64,000 bases of DNA from Alphaproteobacteria bacterium. GTDB lineage: Bacteria; Pseudomonadota; Alphaproteobacteria; Paracaedibacterales; CAIULA01. The notes beneath the pieces are model-generated. The model was not told the DNA's origin. It saw only the letters and a program-made list of their open reading frames with translations, and made no database searches. Within the stretch, counting starts at the first letter, position 1; every line of letters begins with the position of its first letter. The stretch covers positions 10,892-74,891 of the forward strand of contig JAIEPD010000002.1 of NCBI GenBank assembly GCA_019749935.1. The letters run 5' to 3'. Of this stretch, positions 31,344 to 40,748 are shown one piece after another. Made by a program: the position numbers and the translations under genes.

Positions 31344-31372
31344 TCAAAAACTATGGCTTGTTGTCAAGCCAA
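31344..31372 (-). terminator. putative intrinsic terminator downstream of the M48/YgjP gene
   Basis: On the minus strand: TGGCTTG-ACAA-CAAGCCA hairpin followed by TAGTTTTTG. Confidence 0.45.
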
Positions 31373-31395
31373 CATATGTTTGCAGGTGAAATTTT

Positions 31396-32109
31396 CTAAA
31401 ACGTATAAAGAAACAGCTGGCGCCCCTGCTGACTTAGCCAAGTTTTGTGTTTTTTATAAGTAGGGCAAAGGCTTTGAACGGTATCCCAGAACGCTTGACT
31501 GTGGTTCATGTGAATAAGGTGTGATACCTCATGGGCGCAAACATATTTGATGACTTCTTCAGGTGCAAAGGCAAGTCGCCAAGAATAAGAAAGGTTCCCT
31601 GAAGATGAGCAACTGCCCCACCTTGAGTGGGTATCTCGGATTGAAACTTTAGAAACCTTAACATTTAAACATTTGGCATAAGTTTCTGATGTTTGCGTTA
31701 AAAATTCCAAGATTTTAGATTGAATTGCTTTTTCAAGAAGGGGTAAAAACTGTTCTTTTGGATCAAGTACAGACACAAAGTTTGGACCAAAGGTAACCTT
31801 TCGTTTGATGTCCTTTTGAAAATGAATCTTATAAGGTATGCCTATAATGTTGATGACCCCTTCATGATGCGGGATAATATTTTTAACTTGGGACTTCAGT
31901 TTTTTCTCAAACCACGGCTCTGCCCGTTCCAAAAACCCTTGGACGTCACTTTTGGTTGTATAAAGGGGAAGGGTCAAATTAAATTGTTTTTGCTTGGCAT
32001 TGTACATTAGCCTTAAATTCTTTGAACGTTTCAAAGGCCTAAGGACAATGGTTTGTTCTTTAAAGACAATAGAGGAGGGAAGAGAAGGAGCAGATTTTCT
32101 AAAAAACAC
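31396..32109 (-). CDS. M48-family metallopeptidase (YgjP/DUF45-like)
   Basis: 237 aa. WGSCSSSGNLSYSWRL and zinc motif HEVSHLIHMNHSQAFW. GTG start. Confidence 0.8.
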   Translation of the reverse strand: MFFRKSAPSLPSSIVFKEQTIVLRPLKRSKNLRLMYNAKQKQFNLTLPLYTTKSDVQGFLERAEPWFEKKLKSQVKNIIPHHEGVINIIGIPYKIHFQKDIKRKVTFGPNFVSVLDPKEQFLPLLEKAIQSKILEFLTQTSETYAKCLNVKVSKVSIRDTHSRWGSCSSSGNLSYSWRLAFAPEEVIKYVCAHEVSHLIHMNHSQAFWDTVQSLCPTYKKHKTWLSQQGRQLFLYTF

Positions 32110-32135
32110 GGGCCTTTCTTCCTCTCTTATTCTTG

Positions 32136-33728
32136 TTATTTAATCTTTTCAGCGATAAGGTCACGCATATTTTGGGCGCCATAAAGGGCAATGAAGGAAC
32201 CCATTCGCGGGCCTTCTTTTTGACCTAATAACACCTCGTAAAGCGTTCCAAACCAAGCACGCAATTCTGTAAAGTTATGACGTTTTCCAACCTCAAACAC
32301 GTCTGTTTGAATAACGTCTGCTGGCGCAGTAGCATCTATATTTCCCAAAGTTTGATGCAGATCTTGAAGCGCGGCTTTTTCCTCAGCCGTTGGCTGCCTG
32401 TAATGCTTGGATGGTTTTACAAAATCCCGATAATAAATAAGGGCGTGCTTAATCAGTTCATTCAAGAACGGCATTTTTTCAGGACTTGATTCTGGCAGAT
32501 ATTTCTGCACAAATCCCCAAAGCACAGCAGGATCTTCAGTATTACAAACAGAAGCTAGGTTTAAAAGAATATTAAAACCAAGACCACTTTCACTTTTCGG
32601 GACATTCCCTTTATGGATGTGATAAACGGGGTTATCAGCTTGCAATTCAGGAGATTGTTCTGGGTATTTCGAAACCAAACTTAGATACTCATCAACGGCT
32701 TTTGGGATGACATCAAAATAAAGTCTTTTGGCTTTACGGGGAGCCTGAAACATATAGTAGGAAAGACTTTCTTGTGGGGCATAGGTTAACCATTCATCAA
32801 TCGTCAGGCCATTTCCTTTTGATTTTGAAATCTTTTGTCCTTCTTGATCTAGGAATAATTCATAAGTTAACGTTTCAGGTGTCACACCGCCAATTGCCTT
32901 GCAGATTTGGCTTGAAAGTTTAACGGAATCAATTAAGTCTTTTCCAGACATTTCATAATCAACCTCGAAGGCTTTCCAGCGCATACCCCAGTCAACTTTC
33001 CATTGGAGTTTGCAATGACCATCCGTCACCAAGGTTTCAACTAATTTTGATGTTTCAGGGTCTTTATAAACAATTGTGTCGCTATTCGGACGAATCTCAA
33101 CCATTGGAACTTGTAGAACAATGCCAGTACGCGGGCAAATTGGTAAGAATGGGCTATAGGTCGCGCGCCTTTCGTCACGTAAACTTGGCAACATAATGCC
33201 CATTATTTTGTCGTAGTGCTGCAAAACCAGTCTCAGTGTTTCATTAAAGCGTCCGCTTTTGTACCAATCACTAGAGCTTTGAAATTCATACTCAAACCCA
33301 AATGAATCTAAAAATCGCTGAAGCATCGCATTGTTGTGATGACCAAAGCTTTCATATTTTTCATAAGGATCAGGGATTGTCGTTAAAGGCTTTCCAATGT
33401 GTTGTCTTAGCATATCTTGGTTTGGCACGTTGTCTGGGACTTTGCGTAAACCATCCATATCATCTGAAAATGCAAAAAGGCGTGTTGGAATATCACATAG
33501 TTGGCTAAAGGCATGGCGCACCATCGATGTGCGGGCAACCTCACCAAAAGTTCCGATGTGTGGCAATCCAGAAGGTCCGTAGCCAGTTTCTAAAAGAACG
33601 AATCCTTTTTTTGGAACCTTATTTTGAATGCGATCAAGAATTCGCCTTGCCTCTTCAAAAGGCCATGATTTTGCATTTCTATAAATATCGACCATTTCTG
33701 GGGTCCGTTCTAACGCCACTTTTGACAT
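32136..33728 (-). CDS. lysK: lysine--tRNA ligase, class I
   Basis: 530 aa. HIGH-type motif (LPHIGTFGEVART) and KMSKS-type motif (KISKSKG). Length and architecture match class I LysRS. Confidence 0.9.
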   Translation of the reverse strand: MSKVALERTPEMVDIYRNAKSWPFEEARRILDRIQNKVPKKGFVLLETGYGPSGLPHIGTFGEVARTSMVRHAFSQLCDIPTRLFAFSDDMDGLRKVPDNVPNQDMLRQHIGKPLTTIPDPYEKYESFGHHNNAMLQRFLDSFGFEYEFQSSSDWYKSGRFNETLRLVLQHYDKIMGIMLPSLRDERRATYSPFLPICPRTGIVLQVPMVEIRPNSDTIVYKDPETSKLVETLVTDGHCKLQWKVDWGMRWKAFEVDYEMSGKDLIDSVKLSSQICKAIGGVTPETLTYELFLDQEGQKISKSKGNGLTIDEWLTYAPQESLSYYMFQAPRKAKRLYFDVIPKAVDEYLSLVSKYPEQSPELQADNPVYHIHKGNVPKSESGLGFNILLNLASVCNTEDPAVLWGFVQKYLPESSPEKMPFLNELIKHALIYYRDFVKPSKHYRQPTAEEKAALQDLHQTLGNIDATAPADVIQTDVFEVGKRHNFTELRAWFGTLYEVLLGQKEGPRMGSFIALYGAQNMRDLIAEKIK

Positions 33729-33801
33729 TTTAATATTGCTCTCTACTGTAACAACCTATTAAGTATAGATTAATCTTTATGAGAATGTAGTTAATAAGTC
33801 A

Positions 33802-35580
33802 ATGACAACGCCTATTTTATCGCTCCGGGATGCAAGCCTTGGTTTTGGGGGAAAGCCTTTGTTCGAAGGAATTTCCTTAAGCCTTTGTTTGGGCGATAAG
33901 GTGTGCCTTGTGGGGCGTAATGGCTCTGGAAAATCAACGTTACTAAAATGCCTGAGCGGTATATTCGAAGTTGATAAAGGTGAAAGGTTTGCTCAGCCAG
34001 GAACTATTATTAAATATTTAGCGCAGGATGTTGTGCTGCCCTCGGGCAAAACGGTCATAGAATTTGTTATGGAGCCAGGCGTTGAATCCTTTATGGCCGA
34101 ATCCATTTTGGGAAAACTGGGCGTGCCAGGTAATCGTTTAATGGATTCGTTGTCGGGCGGAGAAAGAAGACGCGTAGCCCTCGCGCAAGTTTTAGCAATC
34201 AATTCTGATGTTTTGATATTGGATGAGCCTACCAACCATTTGGACCTTCGGGCCATTGAATGGCTAGAGGATTATTTGGGACAATATAGGGGAGCGCTTA
34301 TTGTCATCAGCCATGATAGAACCTTTTTGGAAAATGTATCCACGTCAACCTGGTGGCTCGATCGTGGTAGAATGCATGAACATGGTAAGGGCTTTAAGGA
34401 TTATGATATCTGGTCAGAACAAATCCTAGATGATGAAGAACGCCAATTAGAACGTCTCAATTCCAGACTTCGCTTAGAAAATGAATGGCTTCACCGCGGC
34501 GTGACAGCAAGGCGAAAAAGAAATCAAGGCCGCCTTAGAAGGTTGCATGCCTTAAGGGGCGATAAAAAAGAACGCCTTTCAAATCAAGCTGGCAAAGTAA
34601 AATTAGAAACAGTTGAGGGCAGTTATGGTAGTAAAATGGTTTGTGAGGTGGACAAGGTCAGTAAAGGTTTTGGTGATCGGATCATCATAAAGTCATTTAC
34701 CACAAGGATTATAAAAGGCGAGCGGATTGGGATCATTGGTCCTAACGGTGCCGGCAAAACAACCTTATTAAAGCTTTTGGTTGGCAAGCTACAACCTGAT
34801 AGTGGTATGGTTAAAATGGGCGCCAATATTCAGCTTATTTATTTTGATCAAATGCGGGAAACTTTAAGGCCAACTGATACCTTGTGGCAAACTTTGTGTC
34901 CTGAGGGCGGGGATCAAGTGATGGTTCAGGGTAAGCCGCGCCATGTGGCATCTTACTTAAAAGATTTTCTGTTTAATGAAAAACAAATAAGAGGGCAGGT
35001 CAGTATCCTGTCAGGTGGTGAGAAAAACCGACTGGTACTGGCTAAATCTTTGGCCCAAATTGGCAATCTGTTGGTTTTGGATGAGCCAACCAATGATTTG
35101 GACATGGATACCCTTGATTTGCTTATAGACCTGTTGAGCGATTATGAAGGAACACTTCTACTTGTAAGCCATGATCGTGATTTTTTGGATAAATTGACTA
35201 CCAGTATTATTGCTGTTGAAGGCAATGGAGTTGTTAATGAGTATGTGGGCGGCTACGCTGATTACCTAAGGCAAAGACCGGTTGCCGTTGAAGAGGCACC
35301 TAAAAAGCAAACTGTAGTGAGTGCAAAACCCACAATAGTCAAGACGCGTTTATCATATAATCAAAAGCGTGAGCTAGAACAGTTACTTGCAGTTATGGAA
35401 AAGCTAAGTCAAGAAATTAACATACTTGAAACCAAATTAGCGGATCCCACTTTTTACGAGAAACATCCGCAAGATTTTTTGAAATTCACGAATGATTTGG
35501 CTTCAAAACGTCAGCAATTAGATGAGGCTGAACAGAGATGGTTGGAATTAGAGGAGCTGCAAAATGAATCAAGATCTTAA
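33802..35580 (+). CDS. uup: ABC-F family ATPase (Uup-like)
   Basis: 592 aa. Two ABC cassettes (GRNGSGKST / LSGGERRR / ILDEPTNHLD and GPNGAGKTT / LSGGEKNR / VLDEPTNDLD) plus a C-terminal coiled-coil tail. Confidence 0.85.
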   Translation: MTTPILSLRDASLGFGGKPLFEGISLSLCLGDKVCLVGRNGSGKSTLLKCLSGIFEVDKGERFAQPGTIIKYLAQDVVLPSGKTVIEFVMEPGVESFMAESILGKLGVPGNRLMDSLSGGERRRVALAQVLAINSDVLILDEPTNHLDLRAIEWLEDYLGQYRGALIVISHDRTFLENVSTSTWWLDRGRMHEHGKGFKDYDIWSEQILDDEERQLERLNSRLRLENEWLHRGVTARRKRNQGRLRRLHALRGDKKERLSNQAGKVKLETVEGSYGSKMVCEVDKVSKGFGDRIIIKSFTTRIIKGERIGIIGPNGAGKTTLLKLLVGKLQPDSGMVKMGANIQLIYFDQMRETLRPTDTLWQTLCPEGGDQVMVQGKPRHVASYLKDFLFNEKQIRGQVSILSGGEKNRLVLAKSLAQIGNLLVLDEPTNDLDMDTLDLLIDLLSDYEGTLLLVSHDRDFLDKLTTSIIAVEGNGVVNEYVGGYADYLRQRPVAVEEAPKKQTVVSAKPTIVKTRLSYNQKRELEQLLAVMEKLSQEINILETKLADPTFYEKHPQDFLKFTNDLASKRQQLDEAEQRWLELEELQNESRS

Positions 35581-35995
35581 ACTAATTTTTGAACTAGATG
35601 AATTAAAGCGTTTGCAAGCAATACCGGCTGAGGAAATAAGTGGATATGCTTTTGAAAAAGAGGAGTATCACCCTATTGAAACGTTTGGGTTTTCTTTACG
35701 GGATGAAGGTGATGACATTAAGGGGAGATGTAATGGCATCTTATACTATGGTTGCCTTTATATAAATCAGTTGTGGGTCGATAAAGATTACCGCAAAAAA
35801 GGTTTTGGGAAACAATTTGTAAATGCTGCTGAAAATTTGGGGAAAGAAAAAGGGTGCCTTTTTTCAACGGCGAATACGATGAATGCAAAAGCAGTGGGTT
35901 TTTATGAAAAACTTGGCTATTTTGTTGAGTTTGAAAGAAAAGGATATCATGAAGATTCAATTTTTTATTTTCTGCGCAAAGATTTCACAGACTAA
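35564..35995 (+). CDS. GNAT-family N-acetyltransferase (paralog 1)
   Basis: 143 aa. Acetyl-CoA binding core LWVDKDYRKKGFGKQFV. The start overlaps the uup 3' end by 17 nt. Confidence 0.75.
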   Translation: MNQDLKLIFELDELKRLQAIPAEEISGYAFEKEEYHPIETFGFSLRDEGDDIKGRCNGILYYGCLYINQLWVDKDYRKKGFGKQFVNAAENLGKEKGCLFSTANTMNAKAVGFYEKLGYFVEFERKGYHEDSIFYFLRKDFTD

Positions 35996-36041
35996 GTTAG
36001 GCTAAGAAAATCAGAATGATTAGAATTAGAAGAGCTGAATA

Positions 36042-36476
36042 ATGAATCAACAGCTTAAACTCAGCTTTGAAACTGAAGATGGCGCTTTACTTATAAGGAC
36101 ACTTAGCAATGGCATAAAGGATTATGCATTCGAGAAAAAAGGGCAGGGCCCTATTGAACCCTTTGCTGTTTCCTTAAGAAATGAAAATAACGACATCAAA
36201 GGTGGTTGTAATGGTGTCTTGTATTATGGCTGTCTTTACATTGACCAGTTATGGATAGATAAAAACTATCGAGGCAAAAAATTTGGTACACAGTTAATGC
36301 AAACAGCAGAAAATTTAGGCAGAGAAAGAGGTTGTTTGTTTTCAACTGTTAATACGATGGACTGGGAAGCATTGGACTTTTATAAAAAGTGCGGTTACTT
36401 TGTTGAATTTGAAAGAAAGGGATATCACGGAAATTCCACTTTTTATTTTCTGCGCAAAAATTTAGATCAAGATTAA
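36042..36476 (+). CDS. GNAT-family N-acetyltransferase (paralog 2, tandem duplicate)
   Basis: 144 aa. Collinear with paralog 1 (shared NGxLYYGCLYIxQLWxDKxYR and GCLFST.NTM...FYxKxGYFVEFERKGYH blocks). Confidence 0.75.
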   Translation: MNQQLKLSFETEDGALLIRTLSNGIKDYAFEKKGQGPIEPFAVSLRNENNDIKGGCNGVLYYGCLYIDQLWIDKNYRGKKFGTQLMQTAENLGRERGCLFSTVNTMDWEALDFYKKCGYFVEFERKGYHGNSTFYFLRKNLDQD

Positions 36477-36489
36477 TTTGTTTAAAGTA

Positions 36490-36705
36490 TCAGAAATTTG
36501 AAAAGAAGGCTGCTCCGTTTAAAGCGAAAATGAGGTAAGAAACGACCAAAAGCCCCATTGTAAAGCAAAGCCAAAGGTTGCGAGCCGTTTTATCTTCTTT
36601 GGTTTTACATTCCCAAAAAGATATTATATCAGGCAAAAACGCATCTACATTATTTAGAATATTTTTTTCTTTTTTATCATGATTAATTTGAAACATTTTA
36701 TTCAT
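36490..36705 (-). CDS. hypothetical small membrane protein
   Basis: 71-aa ORF with one C-terminal hydrophobic segment (LWLCFTMGLLVVSYLIFALNGAAFF). No family recognised. Confidence 0.3.
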   Translation of the reverse strand: MNKMFQINHDKKEKNILNNVDAFLPDIISFWECKTKEDKTARNLWLCFTMGLLVVSYLIFALNGAAFFSNF

Positions 36706-37043
36706 TGTTTTTTCCGCATCTTAATCTTTATGTGCGGAAGATAATTCAAATTATTTTAGAAAGATACCTGTCAAATTTGAGAGGTGAAGAATTTATCTGA
36801 AGCGTTGTTTGCTTTTTGTTTATTATAACGGGCAGCAACAATTATATAAACGGAAGCAAAAATAAGATTTTATTGGTAAGTTCAGTAGTTTTTGCTATAT
36901 TTGTAAATTATTAATAATTACAAATTTATAATCTAAATTGTTTATAGGATGGAGAAGCTCAAATAATAATTTCCAAGATTTTTTCAGATTTTCGTTACCG
37001 TAATTTTAAATTACTACGCATAGCCGTTGTAATTTTAGGTGTC

Positions 37044-39365
37044 GTGTTGATCAGTGGTGATGTGTATGCATCGGATAGTGATGCTATTCTTAAAAAGGTT
37101 TTTGGAAATAAAATAGGTCCTGAAAATCCAGAAAATGGTAGCAGTCCTGAATGGGGCCTAATAAATGTAGTCGTAAGTTTTCATAATTATTCTAATGGTC
37201 TGGATAGGGTGGGAAACCAGTTTGCCTCCTATTTCTTGAATCAAGGAAAGCCTCCAAGCAAGCTCCCCCTCAAATTACTGCACTATCTTTTTAAAGCTAG
37301 AATGCCCCATGAATTTGTAAAAGCAAAGAAATATGAAGGATTAAAGTCTTTAATACAAGTTACAGGGCCTGAAATTCTTTTACTACCCGATACCCGGGGT
37401 ATAATGCCGTTATCAGAAGAAGAATCTCTGGCTAGTTTAGATGTTATTTTGAGGAAGATCGGGCTAAGTGATGATAATATTGTTGCCAAACAGCTAAAGG
37501 CCACTTTCCTAGAGGAAAAACTTAAACTCTTAAAGGCAAAAGCTGCAGTTTTGATTGAGGATATGAATAAAGCTAAGGTGACGATTGAGTTCTTAGAAAA
37601 AAAGGGCTTGGATTCTCTAAACTCGGATGAAACCGATCAATGGGACAGTGCAACAAGGACAGTACACGCAAAAGAAAGAGAGTTAAGGACCATTATAGAA
37701 TCCTCCCCTCTGGCTTTACAGGGGCAAAAATTAGAGGAATTTAGTGAATATTTCCAGAGTTTAACTGCTACACCTGAGGGACGAAGACTTTTAAGAGATT
37801 ATCGCCTTCCAGATGGAAGTTCTCTAGTTTCCTTTTATGCTAAAAAAACCTATGAAGCATCAAGTTATGAGGTAAGATATAGATTTGAACCTCTTTTTTA
37901 TGTGGTTATAGAGACTTATTTAGCAGATAATATTCCTTTTACAAAAGACGTTTTGGATGTTCATGATTTAACTATCCTAAATACTATCATTAACCTTGCA
38001 GAAAGAAAAAGCGCTCCACAGATTCTGCGCGAGTATCGCAATAGTAAAGGCTATAATTTAGCACAATTAGCTATTATCCTAAATGACGAAGATCATTCTA
38101 AACAAAAATCTTTACATCAGCTTCGTAATTTAATCCGTGATAATGCAGAGTTCTTAGATTTATTAAGAGAAGCTTCCCCTGGAACAGAAACAGCTGAATC
38201 AATGATAATGCTGGAACGTTGGGGAACAGATCTTTTAAAAGAGCTAGATCCTTCTGTTTGGGTTAAACCGGGCAGATTTAAAGTAACCCCGCTCATGAAA
38301 AGAGCTTCTGAAGCAAGAGATCAAAAAGACTTTAATAAATTACTTGCTGAGGTAAAGGCAAAAGGTATTACTAATTTTAATCAAGTTGATGAATTTGGAA
38401 ATAGTTTTGAATCCATAAAAACACTTTATGCCACAATAGATCCATATCAAGATTCTCAGGTTGTTTTATTCGTTGAAAGTTTAAAAAACAGACCATTGCA
38501 AGGTTTATGGGCAGATCTTTCACACCTTCCGTATCGCGACCGTTCGGATTTTGATCCCTCGCTTGTTCTGCGTTTGGTCCACTCGCAACAGCAAACATCA
38601 TCACATCTTGCTTTTCTTCAAGAAAAAGTCGATCATGTTCAATATCAAGCGGATCCAAACGAATTATGGAAAAGCCTTTTTAAAATGGTGGATGAAGAAG
38701 AAGAGTGCCGACTTGGAAAATTCGGTAGGGAATTAGCTAAAAGGCGCCACGAGGGTTATTTAGATAAAAGCGCTGAATCAGACTTTAAGAAATGGGAAGA
38801 AGATATTTTGGCTAGAAAGAAAATACCAACGGCTATGCGTAGTTTAGAATGGATTGCTAGTTATCAAGATTCATCTTCAACTGCTGTTTCAAATATGTTA
38901 GCTAAGGGCGGCACTTTTGGTTTTAATTTTTCAGGAAAACTTTCACCTCGTGCTGGTAACTTGCTATTTAAAGGATGCGTAAGCTTGGGAGACAAAGTAC
39001 TAAATGAAGTAGCAAAAGTAAGCGGAAAACTAGAAGAATCAGAGATTGTGCAAGGCATTCAAATAGTAAAGGACCGATTATTCCAATGTCTTGATTCACC
39101 GCTTGATATTGCTAACGCAGAAAGACTTTTAAGACATCAGGTGAGTTGCGCTGTTATTACATTGCATACTTATTTTGGTATGCTTGGTTATGGGAGAGAA
39201 TATTATAGTAGGGCATTTAAGGGCTCTAAAAGTGATATTTTTGAGATGATAGATAATGAACTACAAGGCAGACTTCCAAACGGACAGGCGATAAATTCAA
39301 AGGCTCGTTTCCAAAAGCTTTATGATCGTTATGATGATCATGTGTTTAAGGATGCAGCATACTAG
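37044..39365 (+). CDS. hypothetical large protein, probably secreted (5' boundary uncertain)
   Basis: 773-aa ORF from GTG 37044. The reading frame stays open upstream to 36948 and there encodes a signal-peptide-like KLLRIAVVILGVVLISGDVYA|SD. No family recognised. Confidence 0.6.
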   Translation: MLISGDVYASDSDAILKKVFGNKIGPENPENGSSPEWGLINVVVSFHNYSNGLDRVGNQFASYFLNQGKPPSKLPLKLLHYLFKARMPHEFVKAKKYEGLKSLIQVTGPEILLLPDTRGIMPLSEEESLASLDVILRKIGLSDDNIVAKQLKATFLEEKLKLLKAKAAVLIEDMNKAKVTIEFLEKKGLDSLNSDETDQWDSATRTVHAKERELRTIIESSPLALQGQKLEEFSEYFQSLTATPEGRRLLRDYRLPDGSSLVSFYAKKTYEASSYEVRYRFEPLFYVVIETYLADNIPFTKDVLDVHDLTILNTIINLAERKSAPQILREYRNSKGYNLAQLAIILNDEDHSKQKSLHQLRNLIRDNAEFLDLLREASPGTETAESMIMLERWGTDLLKELDPSVWVKPGRFKVTPLMKRASEARDQKDFNKLLAEVKAKGITNFNQVDEFGNSFESIKTLYATIDPYQDSQVVLFVESLKNRPLQGLWADLSHLPYRDRSDFDPSLVLRLVHSQQQTSSHLAFLQEKVDHVQYQADPNELWKSLFKMVDEEEECRLGKFGRELAKRRHEGYLDKSAESDFKKWEEDILARKKIPTAMRSLEWIASYQDSSSTAVSNMLAKGGTFGFNFSGKLSPRAGNLLFKGCVSLGDKVLNEVAKVSGKLEESEIVQGIQIVKDRLFQCLDSPLDIANAERLLRHQVSCAVITLHTYFGMLGYGREYYSRAFKGSKSDIFEMIDNELQGRLPNGQAINSKARFQKLYDRYDDHVFKDAAY

Positions 39366-39523
39366 GTAGCCCAAAGTATTTAGAGCCTGTATTCACGAAA
39401 TTCGTCATTCAGACAAGTTTAGGAAGTCAGGCTCAAAGTTTTATAAAAGAACATCATTCAACTTGCTATACGTTTTAAAGTCCGTTACTCCTATAAAAAG
39501 ACACAACATCGAAAAATAAATTT

Positions 39524-40498
39524 ATGAGAAGAATTATTATCATGGCAGCGGTTGCAACTGGCATAGCTTCAACTCAAATGTATTTTGGTTCGGTAAAAAC
39601 TCCTAAAATGTTCAGCCATACGGTTGTTAATGATTCAAAAGCTGCCGTTGAAGAGAGAGTTGCTTTAATCAAAGATCGCCTTAAAGCAACAGACCCACAG
39701 TTATTATCTCTGCCCTTAGATGATATTTTAAAAATTCTTGATGAAATGGCGAAATGCAACGGTTTGGGCAAATGGCTTTTAATGCATCAGGGACTGAATG
39801 GTTTTTGGACTGCTGAAGCTATCCTTCGTCAGGGCGGAGAATCAAGCAATGTTGGCAGATGGATGGCATCTGATGCCCCTATCTTTAGAGCAACGCATGA
39901 ACGTTTCTTTATTTTCCAGGATTTATTGCAAGGTTATCTGAACGCAGGTGCTAAAACTTTTGTTTCTGTTCCCTCGGGGACAATGGAAGATCTGTTAACA
40001 TTGGATGCAACAGAGAAAAAGGATGTGCGCTTTATAGGGGTTGATCTTGATCCTGAAGCGGCTTTGTGGATGGAGAAAGCATCAGCTAGTTATGCGAAAA
40101 CTTTGCAATGTGATAAAGAGTTTCATCAAGGAGACGCTTTTGTTCTCTCCAGTTATATAAAAGGTGCTGATGTTTTGGTCAGTAATGGGCTGAATTTTTA
40201 TATCAAAAGTGATACTGAGGTTATAAGACTCTATGAGTCTTTTGCAGCTGCCCTAAAGCCCGAAGGAATTTTAATCATTAGCCATTTGTCTCCTCCTGCA
40301 TCAGCAGAGCCGTATGATGGCGCTGCATTGAAGAAGCAGCTTGCGATCGTTAAAGACATCTGTGAAATGCGTTGGCAGATTTTCAGATCAGAAGAATTGG
40401 TTAAAGAACAATTGGGGATGGCTGGATTCGAAATACTAAAAGTTATTTATGATAAGCAGAGAATGTTCCCAACCTATGTTTGTAAGAAAATCAGATAG
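39524..40498 (+). CDS. class I SAM-dependent methyltransferase with N-terminal signal/anchor
   Basis: 324 aa. Hydrophobic N-terminus MRRIIIMAAVATGIAS. Motif I-like FVSVPSGTMEDLL, an acidic post-I residue in FIGVDLDPEA, and motif II-like ADVLVSNGLNFYI. Confidence 0.55.
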   Translation: MRRIIIMAAVATGIASTQMYFGSVKTPKMFSHTVVNDSKAAVEERVALIKDRLKATDPQLLSLPLDDILKILDEMAKCNGLGKWLLMHQGLNGFWTAEAILRQGGESSNVGRWMASDAPIFRATHERFFIFQDLLQGYLNAGAKTFVSVPSGTMEDLLTLDATEKKDVRFIGVDLDPEAALWMEKASASYAKTLQCDKEFHQGDAFVLSSYIKGADVLVSNGLNFYIKSDTEVIRLYESFAAALKPEGILIISHLSPPASAEPYDGAALKKQLAIVKDICEMRWQIFRSEELVKEQLGMAGFEILKVIYDKQRMFPTYVCKKIR

Positions 40499-40499
40499 T

Positions 40500-40574
40500 T
40501 ATACCCTTCCTGTTTCAAATTCCGGGTTCGTTCCCCTCAAATGCCTCCCTGGCTTTTTGAAATATTTTGGGTAC
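40500..40574 (+). repeat. family A MITE-like repeat, internally deleted 75-bp copy (A4)
   Basis: TATACCCTTCCTGTTTCAAA ... CTGGCTTTTTGAAATATTTTGGGTAC. It has both family A termini but lacks most of the interior. It starts 2 nt after the methyltransferase stop. Confidence 0.6.
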
Positions 40575-40748
40575 CCCAAAAAAATTTCAAGTTATCTGAA
40601 TTGCAGCAAAGCTGTGTCTTTTGTCCTTGGAACAAAGGATTGTCTGTATTGTATAGACTCATAGCTTGCCTATAGGGTCTTTTCTGAGGATATTTTCGAT
40701 CATCATGAGTCGTTCTCATGTTAAACGTGGCAAGCATTAATTGCATAT

